Notes under the pieces: model-generated | Seen by the model: the letters and a program-made list of their open reading frames with translations, nothing else | Database searches by the model: none | Told to the model about the DNA's origin: nothing | Made by a program: the position numbers and the translations under genes | Assembly: GCA_963805855.1 (NCBI GenBank) | Contig: CAWDVW010000007.1 | Coordinates: 663,605-727,604, forward strand | Origin: Candidatus Dadabacteria bacterium | GTDB lineage: Bacteria; Desulfobacterota_D; UBA1144; Nemesobacterales; CSP1-2 | DNA: 64,000 nt | Direction: 5' to 3' | In this document: piece after piece, positions 49,640-59,687 of the stretch | Position numbering within the stretch: the stretch's first letter is position 1 | Layout: every line of letters begins with the position of its first letter

Positions 49640-51430
49640 TCAGACCGTTACCGTCATGCCGTCAAACTTGGTGAAAGCAAAACCGCCAAAATCCTCGTTG
49701 TAGGTATCTAACAGGTCCTGCATAATACTTATTGCGACAGCCTCTCCCAGTTTCAAGCCCTCCATTGCATCGGTGCGCCAATGTATGCCTGCGAAGTTAC
49801 GTCCCATAGCAATATTCCAGGCAAGCTTATTTAACTCACCACCTATTGTGAGCTGATCAAATCCGGGGCCGGTGTAAGGAAGAACGGAAAGACCGTCTGG
49901 GCTTGCTACAAGTGGATCCGGTATGATAGTCGATTCATTAAAAAATGCCTTCAGCATAGTCACCGCAGCGCCGGCCCATGTGGCATGACCTGACGGATAG
50001 GCTGGATGACACGGTGCTCCTTCGGGAAAAGCCTGGGGCAACAAAAAAGTACCATTCGCATCAAAAACTATGTCAAGAACCGGAGAGTTTAAGATATCCT
50101 CGTTGATGGGATAATCCGCTAGGCCCATCAAAACATTGTGTATCCGTCCTCCAAATCCCTCGGGTCTTAATCTGCGATGAACAAACCACTTCTGATACCA
50201 GGCCGCCTTCAGTGCAGAGTTCATGGCCTCCACTACACGACGAACAATATCAACTATGTGAAAAGTAACAAAACCGGCCTGGGTTTGAGAAGCCAGGTAC
50301 GGATTGCCCGAGTTATAAGGAACACCAATATTCGCCAAGAATATCTCTGCCGGAGACTTTCCCTCTAAGCCGAAAATAATCAGAAGCGCATTAATAGCCG
50401 CTTGAGCCGGCCAATCCCAGTGTTGATTTTCTGCTAAATCACGTCCATTTCGGAGAAATCGATGTATTGGATCGTACACATCGGAACTCGAAGCGTTGGC
50501 GGGAAGATGACCATTCTGGACGGACAACCACTCATCGTATGACACGATGTAATCAACTGGAAGCAGAGTACGAATCCTCTGTTCCAGTACCATGGGTCCT
50601 GCGGGAATGGTCTTAACTAAAAATTGCGATAGGAATGGACCGACCAGAACGCCGGGAATATCCGCTCGAAACAATGTCCCAGTGGTGACCTGACCACCCA
50701 CTTTAGGTCTCTGAAAATCGGAGAATGTCGATAGATCATCTGCTGCATCGTTGGTGACTTGATTGCTCCCATAGTCCGAGAAATGCACGTCTCGTGCGAG
50801 CGCCATCCAGTAGAGCTCGGCAATCTCAGCAGCTTCTTCAGCGCTGTTGAAAGTGGGCGCCGGGGGCATTCCGAGATGATGGGAGTCAGCTCCAATGAGA
50901 TCGAACGCTAGTCCAGACTGGGGATTCTTAAGTTTAATATCGCCAGTTATTGGAACGCTTTCAAAATCATCAGGATTACCGCTTGATAATGCCTTAATCA
51001 GTGCGTCGTATGCGTCTATATCAACTTCACCCAGCGAATTATGCGGTAGTCCCTTCGTATAATTGCCAATTTTATCCGGATACAAGGCTTCATCACCGTT
51101 ACAAGGATGCTCGGGAAGAGGAATTTTCTTCTGGAATACAGCCGCCTGGCGACGAACTCGAAATGCCTGTCTTCGACGTTGACGCGGATCTAGCGGTCCG
51201 ATTTCCGCAGCTTCGGCTTCAGGAATAATATCTTCCGAAATCGATGACAAACCAATAACGCTAGCGGTTAAAGCGGCGGTTGTCATCGCACCGATATTGC
51301 CTATGAACTCACGCCTACCGAGGGTATTCAAGAATGGGGAATCCCCGTTCTTATCATCCTGCTTTAAGGTTGAATTCGTTTCTAGTCGGTCTTGACTAGG
51401 CCTCCGTTTAAGAATTTGTTCTTCTGACAT
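49640..51430 (-). CDS. Vanadium-dependent haloperoxidase with Tat signal
   Basis: GRREFI twin-arginine motif with AEA cleavage site; vanadate-site motifs KWFVHRRLRPE, HPAYPSGHAT and RNFAGIHWRTD. Confidence 0.9.
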   Translation of the reverse strand: MSEEQILKRRPSQDRLETNSTLKQDDKNGDSPFLNTLGRREFIGNIGAMTTAALTASVIGLSSISEDIIPEAEAAEIGPLDPRQRRRQAFRVRRQAAVFQKKIPLPEHPCNGDEALYPDKIGNYTKGLPHNSLGEVDIDAYDALIKALSSGNPDDFESVPITGDIKLKNPQSGLAFDLIGADSHHLGMPPAPTFNSAEEAAEIAELYWMALARDVHFSDYGSNQVTNDAADDLSTFSDFQRPKVGGQVTTGTLFRADIPGVLVGPFLSQFLVKTIPAGPMVLEQRIRTLLPVDYIVSYDEWLSVQNGHLPANASSSDVYDPIHRFLRNGRDLAENQHWDWPAQAAINALLIIFGLEGKSPAEIFLANIGVPYNSGNPYLASQTQAGFVTFHIVDIVRRVVEAMNSALKAAWYQKWFVHRRLRPEGFGGRIHNVLMGLADYPINEDILNSPVLDIVFDANGTFLLPQAFPEGAPCHPAYPSGHATWAGAAVTMLKAFFNESTIIPDPLVASPDGLSVLPYTGPGFDQLTIGGELNKLAWNIAMGRNFAGIHWRTDAMEGLKLGEAVAISIMQDLLDTYNEDFGGFAFTKFDGMTVTV

Positions 51431-51694
51431 TTCCCATCCTCCTTTCGTTTGTGAACACTGGGAAAATTAGTAAAAAGGCATAGCTGTTTCGATTTCGACA
51501 ACGAACAATCCTTAATCTAGACAAAGAATCTATGCGTGAATATTCTTCATTTTACGAATCACAATCGTTTTTAAATTGAAGTCACGTCAAATGTTAAAGG
51601 TGTAGAGACCACTAATCTTATACTATTCTACGCAACAAGAAACTAGAAAAGATCAAAATAGTGAGAAAAGAGGCATGCGTCTTAATTTAATCAA

Positions 51695-52309
51695 TCATGA
51701 TTGTAATTGTTCCAAGAATTGACTTAAGCCCTTCTTTGCCCCACCTATCCAGGGGGCGCCGTGTGCGAATAGTAAGTGATCAAATTCGGTTTCAAGAATC
51801 GATAAGAACACTTTTCGCAAACCATTTTTAACTCCTTCCGGATCATCACCCATCAGATAGTCGGGTACAAAACCCAACTCATCACCATAGCGCACGATCG
51901 CATCCCCAATTGAGATTATTCCGTTGGACACCGGAATATATAGAGCCGTCTCCTCCGGACATAATACCCCCACCTGAAGGGCCACTATCTTTCCAGGTAG
52001 TTCATCCCCGTGTGTAAATGGTTTAACTTGTTCGCCCTTTGTGAACTCATGCAGTCCGTCTCTGTGGCACCAGACTGTTGCCTTGAACGCTTTATTGAAT
52101 CGTCCACTATGACGATAATGGTGTCTGTTTGTAAGGTAAATGTGCTTGGGTGTCTTGTATTTTTCAAACCATTTAATACCCTCGTCCGGAACTCTCGGGT
52201 CAATCAATATTGCCGGATCAGTACCAGAAATATAGTAAGAATGGACATCCTGTTCGATTCCTTCGTGAAATGTCGTCCAGTGAAAAACGCCCGGAAGTAT
52301 TTCTTCCAT
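51695..52309 (-). CDS. Metallo-beta-lactamase-fold protein (degenerate motif)
   Basis: LIDP, LTNRHHYRH, IGDA and LLFAHG. Confidence 0.65.
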   Translation of the reverse strand: MEEILPGVFHWTTFHEGIEQDVHSYYISGTDPAILIDPRVPDEGIKWFEKYKTPKHIYLTNRHHYRHSGRFNKAFKATVWCHRDGLHEFTKGEQVKPFTHGDELPGKIVALQVGVLCPEETALYIPVSNGIISIGDAIVRYGDELGFVPDYLMGDDPEGVKNGLRKVFLSILETEFDHLLFAHGAPWIGGAKKGLSQFLEQLQS

Positions 52310-52730
52310 ATTGATTACTTTACTATTGAATCTGCCGTCTTAAGAAGATTATTATTTAATCCAAAAACCTACATTAATTATAACATCTGATTATCTCTCT
52401 CTTTATACTTTTTTTTAATGTTGTAATCCTTCCCTGATTCGCCATTAAAACTCATAAGGGTCAGTGACGAAGATCTAAAAGAATAGAAGTAGATGCTTAG
52501 GTTTGTTTCGATTTTTGCACCCAAGATTCAACGATGCATGCTTCATGAAGAACTCCACCAAGTGCTGCAGCTATCAGCACAAACACAAGCAGTCGCGAGG
52601 AAACCTGAGCCAATCAAAGAATCGAAGGAATTCAAAACGGGTCACAAAAAAGAGATTCTTCAAGTTCGGAGCCCATCCTGGTGAATCGCACGGCACATTT
52701 GGTAATGACGCCAGGGTTAGCTGTCATCGC

Positions 52731-53119
52731 TTTAGATGTTAGATAATTCGGGGACGGGATCTTAGATTTTAAATGGGCATTCAAAAAATTGCCAAAATCA
52801 ATTCCGGAAGCGTTAAAAAAAGTGACAGTCATTACTGTCATCTCGAAGGAATACTTCGACGTAGCTCAGTACAGGCTCCTTGACTGAGAGAACTAATTAA
52901 TTATAGCAATAGATATCTCGCATTCGCTCGATACGCAGGCGTTTTTTGTTAGCCCTTGTCCTGAGCACAGTCGAAGGGTTGTTTCTTTGTATCAAGACAA
53001 AGAAAATAAAAGATTAAACAACGGATCCCCGACTAAAACATTCGAGGATGACGGATGAGCAAACTTCCAGGAAATTTATTATTTGTAGGATTTTGTCCAC
53101 GAAATATCTAAAATCTAAA
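52731..53119 (-). mobile_element. Non-autonomous MITE, copy B (389 bp), with two nested mini-hairpin insertions
   Basis: TIRs TTTAGATGTTAGATAATTCGGGGAC and reverse complement TTTAGATTTTAGATATTTCGTGGAC (3 mismatches in 25); perfect TSD ATCGC at 52726-52730 and 53120-53124. Confidence 0.9.
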
Positions 53120-53322
53120 ATCGCGAGGATATCGAAGCAATCTTTTACCTAGATTGTATAGAACTACGGCAACCTACAGAGAGCAAGCCAGTCGAACCGT
53201 TATTTTTCATCGATTTCTTGTATAAAGAACATCAAACCATCAAATACTGGTTCTGATACACTATAGACGACGTTAGGAAAAGTCAGATACGGAGAAAAAA
53301 CCTACAAAACTCATTGTTTCAC

Positions 53323-53868
53323 TCATTTGGACGCTCCAACAAACCTCTTGCAATCAGGAATATCCTCCTCTCTGCCTATAATATCACCCTGACTCTTCAA
53401 CAAACTGGCAAAAATACCCTGGAAGTCATTCTCGACCAACACCTTTTCTATACGCAATTTACAAGTTTCGTGGTTTAACGTTCCTTCGACATTTAAAATT
53501 ACATCATGGTCATAGAGTACAAATTTGTATGGTTCACTCAAGACCTGTCTATTCTGGAGCACGGCTTTTCCAGATACATGGTACTTACCTGTTTTGTTAG
53601 GTTCTATTTTTACATTCTTAATGTATCCTCTTCTTTCGTTACCAAGGCAGTATTCCTGGCAGAACCGACCTACTAATTCATCTAATTCAGTCTGAACAAT
53701 GACCTGATCTGTGATTTCATTACCAACTGATACGACAGTCAATGAGTAACAGATAATGAGGAGATAAATAGAAATTAGAACTTTGTTGGAGGCTCTAATC
53801 ATGCTTTGTATAATTACACGAATCGAGAATAAAGCAATGATTATGATTCCTATGAATATCAATACCAT
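53323..53868 (-). CDS. Hypothetical exported protein with four Cys in the mature part (start may be 53802)
   Basis: Hydrophobic N-terminus; FCQEYC...TCK...DCK. Confidence 0.6.
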   Translation of the reverse strand: MVLIFIGIIIIALFSIRVIIQSMIRASNKVLISIYLLIICYSLTVVSVGNEITDQVIVQTELDELVGRFCQEYCLGNERRGYIKNVKIEPNKTGKYHVSGKAVLQNRQVLSEPYKFVLYDHDVILNVEGTLNHETCKLRIEKVLVENDFQGIFASLLKSQGDIIGREEDIPDCKRFVGASK

Positions 53869-54036
53869 ATGTGTTTGATAACGTTATAATCTGCCTAAAA
53901 TGAATCCAGTTGCTAATAATTGATTCAAGGCACCTAATCTCAATTTAAGCGGTTCTTGGGAAATATGGATTTGCTGAAGAGTAGTGTTAAAGGGCATACC
54001 CGCAATAGGACATGCCCTTCACGAATTTTCAGAAAC

Positions 54037-54480
54037 CTAACGCTTTTTGTGCTTCTGCATCATTTCCTGTCTATGCTGCTCCTTTATCTGATTCAGCTTC
54101 GTTATTTGATCTGGAGTAAGGACTGCTCTTATATCGAGTTTCATCTCTATCATTGTTTTCTTCATCTTATACTTCGTGTCCCACATATCATCGTAAGCTT
54201 TCATGATCTCATCTCTTGTTGAATCGGGATTTCCCATCGCCTCCCTAAAGGCTTTGCGTTTCTCATCGACTCCGGGTCTCATCTCGTCAAGCTTCTGCTT
54301 GTATGTAGAGGAAATCTCATTTATCTCGGTTTTCTGCTTGTCATCAAGCTTAACCTCTTCGACAATAGCTGCATCTTTCCACCAGAGCCACTTACCATGG
54401 CCTTTGCCATGTTGGTAACCATATGCACTAAAAGCAAATAGAACGAGTGGAACGATTGACAAAAGCGTAAATCTTTTCAT
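54037..54480 (-). CDS. Spy/CpxP-family periplasmic helical protein
   Basis: Signal peptide; LDDKQ and VLTPDQ (LTxxQ) motifs. Confidence 0.85.
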   Translation of the reverse strand: MKRFTLLSIVPLVLFAFSAYGYQHGKGHGKWLWWKDAAIVEEVKLDDKQKTEINEISSTYKQKLDEMRPGVDEKRKAFREAMGNPDSTRDEIMKAYDDMWDTKYKMKKTMIEMKLDIRAVLTPDQITKLNQIKEQHRQEMMQKHKKR

Positions 54481-54794
54481 TTTTACTACCCCCTAAATTG
54501 TGTATTTTATAATTGTAACCTCGAACTAAGAAAAAGGTTTCAACAATTTTCTTTAGATAAGACAAGGATTATTGTTTTTATGAAATTGGCTCTGAAATCT
54601 ACCCACTTCCGATTTGAATTTGAAACGGGGAACTGCATTTTAAGACAAGAATTATAAGGTGTTACAACTTCACGTGAAACCGCACAAATCCATCATAATT
54701 ATATAAATACCAATAAAATGGTACTAATATATGGAGGGAAAAAAATAATGAATTGGATTGACAATATAGTTCTCGCGACCCCTAGCCAGCTTTA

Positions 54795-57578
54795 CTACCC
54801 GGTATTCTTCATTCCAGCGGCAATCCCATTTATACTGAGCTTCAGATTATCTATCAGCTCGGATTCCTCTCCAGGTTCATAATCACCCTTGCCCAGCCTT
54901 CTCAAAAGTCCTACCTGAATGTAGCTGAGGGAATCAATGTATGGATTCCGAAGTTCGATGGATTTCTGAAGAAATGGACTATAATCGAGTATGCTCCGCT
55001 GATTTGTGATTTGAAGTATCATCTGTTCTGTCAGTTCGTGTTCGCTTCTTATCTTATCGAATAAACGTCTCCCCACCTCCCGCGGCTTCACAAGAAAAGA
55101 GTATTCCAGGGCAATCCACATATCGGCTTTAGCGAGAGTCATCTGAATATTATCAATGTGAGATTTAAAGAAACTCCAGTTTTTATACATATCCTGAAGG
55201 ATATTAAGATTTTTGTCGGGGTCTTTTCTAAGAAATCCGGCAAATGCCGATCCAACCGAGTACAAACCCGTGATGAGGTGACGATTCTGAGTCCAGCTAA
55301 AAACCCACGGTATAGCCCTAAGATCGTCAATGCTGTCACTCTTCTTCCTCTTGGCAGGGCGTGACCCTATACCCATCTGCTCAATTATGAAGATAGGTGT
55401 TGCCTGCCTGAAATATGTATAGAAATCCGGATCTTCATAGACAAGGGCTCGCCATATACGCCTAGCGGTATCGGCAATCTCTTCCATTACCTCTTCCCAC
55501 TCTGGCTTTATCGCTTCTTGCTTAAGACTGGTAAGAATAACGGCAGAAGTGACCAGCTCTAGGTTATCCCTAGCTATCTCCGGTAGTGCATAGTTATTGT
55601 AGATAACCTCTCCCTGTTCCGTAATTTTTATCATGCCATCTACTGTTCCAGCAGGCCGTGCCAAGATAGCTTGATTTGTCGGACCTCCTCCTCTACTCAC
55701 AGTTCCGCCTCTACCGTGAAAGAGTCTGTGCCTGAGCCCAAACTCATCGGCAGCTTGTTTTAATGATATCTGAGCCTTGTAGCTTTCCCAGCTTGCGGAG
55801 AGAAGCCCACCATCCTTTCCGCTATCGGAATAACCAATCATTACCTCTGAAATACCCCCCCTAGCCTCGAGGTGCTTTCTATAGACGGGATTAGAATAGA
55901 GATTCCGCATAATTGTCGCCGAGCGCTTAAAATCCTCAATAGTTTCAAACAAAGGCACTACATTCATCTTGCTAACTATGGTGTTGCCATCGGCAAAATA
56001 TAGTCCTGATTCCTTCGCAAGGAGAAGGACCTCCAGCACGTTGCTCGCACTGTGGGTCATGCTCACAACGTAGGTGTCAATCGCCTCTGGACTTATTTCT
56101 TCAAGGCAGTGACCTACACACCTCAAGGTTTGCAACACCTCGCTTGTTTCTTCGGATAGTTTAAGCCACTGTGGAATAAGGGGACGGGGATTATTTAACT
56201 CCTCGGAAAGCCAGCTCACCCTTTCATCTTCATCCATGTCAAAATATTTAATGAGGCCCAGCCTCTCTGTAATCTCTGAAATAGCATTAGTATGAAGCGA
56301 GCTGTGCTGCCTGATGTCAAGCTTTGCAAGATGAAAACCAAATAAATCGACCTGGCGGATAAGCTTCTTTAACCTGGAATCGGCGAGACGCTCTCCTTTA
56401 TTTTCACGTAAGCTTTTATCGATAAGATGTAAATCATCCAGTAGCTCTCCCTTAGTCGAATAACAAGGCCCGCTCGTAGCTTCCTTATTTTCAATCGCAA
56501 AAATGGTGTTGATCAGTTTTTTGCGAATGTATTCAAGCTTAATCCTGTAAAATTCAACTGGATTTTTAATATCCAGCTCTTCCGTTATTAAATTTCTGTC
56601 TATTTTAATAGACTCGATTAGATCGGGGGTTACAGGCACTATCTTGGCTGAGGAACTGAGCCGACGTTTTATTTGCTCTACTGCTTCAAGGTATTTCTCT
56701 AGAGCAAGCGTCTTTTGCATACGCATGACCTCGCATGTCACCTCAGGGGTTACAAACGGATTCCCATCCCTGTCACCGCCAACCCATGACCCAAACCTTA
56801 TAAAACTCGGAATATCGACATTTTTTACTTTATAATGTTCGTTTATCCGATCCCCCAATTCTTCGTACATCTCCGCAATAGCGTCAAACATGGTTTCCCT
56901 GAAGTAGTAATGCACGTTCCTCGCCTCATCGATCGGGGAGATTTGATACGGGGGTACTTCCTCTGTCTGCCACAGACCTGTGATTTCAGCGGTCAATTCG
57001 TTTTCAATAAAGCTTCTTTCAGCCGAGCTAAGAACGGGATTTTCCAACTCTTTCAAGAGATTTGATATATGGCGATACTTTTCAAGTACTATGTGACGAT
57101 TAACCTCTGTCGGGTGGGCAGTAAGAACAAGCTCAATGGCCATTCTTTGAAGAAGATCATTAAATTTATCGAAATCAATCTTGTCTTTAGCGAGCCGGTC
57201 AAACAGACTTTCTAATGATCCTTCTTCCGAATCCGTTACATCAGAAACGTACCTGTATTCACGCCTCCTTCTTATTCGATGATTCTGTTCTGCAATGTTT
57301 ACCAACTTGAAATAAGTTGTGAATGCACGGGTTATATTGTATATCTCTTTATGATCGAGGGAACGTATTGTCGATACAAGTTCTTCTTTGTGATCGCGCA
57401 CGTAATCTCTTCTCATTTCTTTTGTGAGAAACCTCATTTTCTCCACAATATCAAAAATTCTTCCTCCCTCCTGTTCTATAAGAACCCCCCCAAGGAGGTT
57501 TCCTAGGAAACGGACATCGCTCCGCAGGGGCTTTTCTTTATCGGAACCGGTCTCTTGGATTTCAATCTCAGATTTCAT
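54795..57578 (-). CDS. ppc: Phosphoenolpyruvate carboxylase
   Basis: VLTAHPTE, SWVGGDRDGNP, VMIGYSDSGKDGG, FHGRGGTVSRGGGP, LRAIPW and MKNTG. Confidence 0.99.
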   Translation of the reverse strand: MKSEIEIQETGSDKEKPLRSDVRFLGNLLGGVLIEQEGGRIFDIVEKMRFLTKEMRRDYVRDHKEELVSTIRSLDHKEIYNITRAFTTYFKLVNIAEQNHRIRRRREYRYVSDVTDSEEGSLESLFDRLAKDKIDFDKFNDLLQRMAIELVLTAHPTEVNRHIVLEKYRHISNLLKELENPVLSSAERSFIENELTAEITGLWQTEEVPPYQISPIDEARNVHYYFRETMFDAIAEMYEELGDRINEHYKVKNVDIPSFIRFGSWVGGDRDGNPFVTPEVTCEVMRMQKTLALEKYLEAVEQIKRRLSSSAKIVPVTPDLIESIKIDRNLITEELDIKNPVEFYRIKLEYIRKKLINTIFAIENKEATSGPCYSTKGELLDDLHLIDKSLRENKGERLADSRLKKLIRQVDLFGFHLAKLDIRQHSSLHTNAISEITERLGLIKYFDMDEDERVSWLSEELNNPRPLIPQWLKLSEETSEVLQTLRCVGHCLEEISPEAIDTYVVSMTHSASNVLEVLLLAKESGLYFADGNTIVSKMNVVPLFETIEDFKRSATIMRNLYSNPVYRKHLEARGGISEVMIGYSDSGKDGGLLSASWESYKAQISLKQAADEFGLRHRLFHGRGGTVSRGGGPTNQAILARPAGTVDGMIKITEQGEVIYNNYALPEIARDNLELVTSAVILTSLKQEAIKPEWEEVMEEIADTARRIWRALVYEDPDFYTYFRQATPIFIIEQMGIGSRPAKRKKSDSIDDLRAIPWVFSWTQNRHLITGLYSVGSAFAGFLRKDPDKNLNILQDMYKNWSFFKSHIDNIQMTLAKADMWIALEYSFLVKPREVGRRLFDKIRSEHELTEQMILQITNQRSILDYSPFLQKSIELRNPYIDSLSYIQVGLLRRLGKGDYEPGEESELIDNLKLSINGIAAGMKNTG

Positions 57579-57782
57579 AAATCTTTAACCCGAACATTTC
57601 CTTTGTCGAAGCGAGTGGTTTGAAGTTATTTTCATCATCGCTCATTAATACAATAATAATGAACAAAGGCCGCAGGAGTCAATAAATTTTCGCAAATGAA
57701 GCTCCCTGCAGCGAGCTCTAGCGGATTATGATAAAAAGCGAAAGTCTCAGATGTGGCGATGACAGGCAAACGGATTCATTAG

Positions 57783-58796
57783 CTAAATACCAAACGCCTC
57801 GAAAATACGATCCTGATATTCTCTTACTTCTTCAAAGTCCAAAAAGTAATGCGGGGCGCTGAGAATGGGAATGTCGATGTATTCCCTGTACGCATTTATC
57901 TTTTCTAGCACTTCGTCGGTATTTCCAACCACCGCGAATGCGTTTACCATTTCATCCGTTACACTGCTGAACATGGAATCGATGTTCCCGCTGAAATAAG
58001 CTTCCCTAATCTTTTTTGTTTCCCTCTCAAAACCGTGAAGGACGAAAGGCGGCTGATACGTCCTGACAGTTGCGTAGAACGCTATGGTCCTCTTGGCAGC
58101 CTCTTTTGCATCACTTCTATTTTCTGAAATTGCGCATGTAATTATTGACGCTTTTTGAAATTTGTGGCCTTTCCTTCCAGTTTTTTCAAAACCTTCTTTC
58201 AAACTTTTGCTCACAATTTCTTTTATGTATCTCAAGGAGCATACGACGTGCCCCAGATAACCATCAGCCACCTCGGCGGCGGCCCGCACCATATTACTAC
58301 CGACGCCCGCGAGAAAGATTGGAATCCTTTCCCGATAAGATTTAAAAGGCCTGTGATAACCACTTAAATTCACATTATAATATTCACCTTCAAATTTAAC
58401 GGGGTCACACCTTCTGGCATCGCTAGTTATGAGCCTGATTAACTCAATACACTCCTTTATTCTTGCTACCGGCTTCCCATAGGCTATGCCGTGAAAATTC
58501 TCATTTGTGCGCTTAGCGCCAGAGCCCAACCCCAAAATTAATCTACCTTTAGATAACTCATCTAAATCTAGAGCACTCAAAGAAGTTATAAGAGGGCTGC
58601 GTGTGAATGCTAGAGTAACCGCGGTACCCAATCCGATATTATTTGTAGAAGTAGCAGCTACTGAAAGCTGCTGAAAGGAAGTTCTATATAGCTCAGTCGT
58701 CCAAACCGAATCAAATCCCGCCGCTTCAGCATTACGGGATAGCTCTACTATGTCAGATATGTTTTCTGCATCAAGAATTAAACCGACTCTTCTCAT
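57783..58796 (-). CDS. LLM-class flavin (possibly F420)-dependent oxidoreductase
   Basis: AEAAGFDSVWTTE, LSKGRLILGLGSG and AAEVADG. Confidence 0.88.
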   Translation of the reverse strand: MRRVGLILDAENISDIVELSRNAEAAGFDSVWTTELYRTSFQQLSVAATSTNNIGLGTAVTLAFTRSPLITSLSALDLDELSKGRLILGLGSGAKRTNENFHGIAYGKPVARIKECIELIRLITSDARRCDPVKFEGEYYNVNLSGYHRPFKSYRERIPIFLAGVGSNMVRAAAEVADGYLGHVVCSLRYIKEIVSKSLKEGFEKTGRKGHKFQKASIITCAISENRSDAKEAAKRTIAFYATVRTYQPPFVLHGFERETKKIREAYFSGNIDSMFSSVTDEMVNAFAVVGNTDEVLEKINAYREYIDIPILSAPHYFLDFEEVREYQDRIFEAFGI

Positions 58797-59055
58797 TGTG
58801 TGCTTTTAATTATACAGTGAAGAATCAAATTTTGGCGTCTGTTATGAACCTTACACCATCTTGAATACATTAAGAAACGCAGCAAATATAAAATTAGCAG
58901 TAACATAAATGCAACATTTAAGTATTTGGTATTGGGTTCAGCAGTGACCCAACCCTGTTTCAAACAAGTATGAATTATGATGGTCCGATATCCAGAGTTA
59001 TTTATTTATCAGCAGATAGTTATGCTATATATCTAAAGTACAATATAACATCGCG

Positions 59056-59306
59056 GTCATTCCCGAGGACCGTTGTCGGGAATCCATAAAGTCGTCATTG
59101 CGAGGAGTTTTATCCCGAACGAATCTCCAATTTAACTCTCTCTTTACCTTCGTGCTCTCTTGCCATCCTGAATCCTGAATCGCGCATCGTGTATCCTGCA
59201 TCCTATCCGTTCACCCTGAGCAGAGTCGAAGGGTGCGAAATAATCCCCTCTTTTTTGTCATCGTACTTCGCATGTATCTCAGTATAGACTCAACTGTGGC
59301 GATCTC
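59056..59306. repeat. Cluster of GTC-tagged REP-like palindromes, mini-hairpins and a 7-bp tandem repeat
   Basis: GTCATTCCCGA...TCGGGAATCC (59056-59085); GTCATTGCGAGG (from 59094); six degenerate NATCCTG units (59164-59205); CACCCTGAGCAGAGTCGAAGGGTG (59212-59235); GTCATCG...GTGGCGATCTC (59257-59306). Confidence 0.8.
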
Positions 59307-59478
59307 CTCCCCTATCTCTCGAAGAATTAGGATACCTTGACGAAAAGAAAGAAACCGACAAGAAGGGAGAAATTCGCGATTAGGGAGGTAAGAAAAATAA
59401 CTTTCAAAACAGCGGGAAGAAGAAAAACAAAAATAACTCGTTTATTGATGCAGTGACCCTCTATCCTTCCACAGATAA

Positions 59479-59687
59479 TCACGTTACTTTCCTTTTTTTG
59501 CTAAGGAGAGAGATAGTTCGCAATGCCTGATTAACAGATTCGGAATTTGGGAAGTATTGGGCCACATCTGGTTCGAGTACAATTATGTTGGAGCTAATAT
59601 GGTATCTTTTTTGGCATATTTCCCTCTGACACCTTTGGAAAAATCGTATTCCTTAAGCATTTCCTTATTCTTAGATTCCCTTTTCAT
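59479..59687 (-). pseudogene. BrnA-like antitoxin, frameshifted at an A6 run
   Basis: MKRESKNKEMLKEYDFSKGVRGKYAK then, in another frame, RYHISSNIIVLEPDVAQYFPNSESVNQALRTISLLSKKRKVT*; shift at 59607-59612. Confidence 0.8.

Noticed and set aside
52493-52742. Short ORFs beside MITE copy B, including a hydrophobic minus-strand remnant
   Set aside because: No RBS or motif, and interrupted by stops; cannot be supported beyond a possible gene relic.
44232-53119. Composite transposon carrying the SDR, flavoprotein, PfpI and haloperoxidase genes between the two inverted MITE copies
   Set aside because: Each copy has its own pair of TIRs and its own target duplication (ATTAC/ATTTGC versus ATCGC/ATCGC), indicating separate insertions. 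Inversion by recombination remains possible but is not evidenced.
57697-57726. GAAGCTCCCTGCAGCGAGC resembling an IS200/IS605-type end hairpin
   Set aside because: Only a partial arm, with no tnpA/tnpB and no second end.
59056-59306. CRISPR array
   Set aside because: Repeats are heterogeneous palindromes without constant repeat/spacer periodicity; no cas genes in the window.
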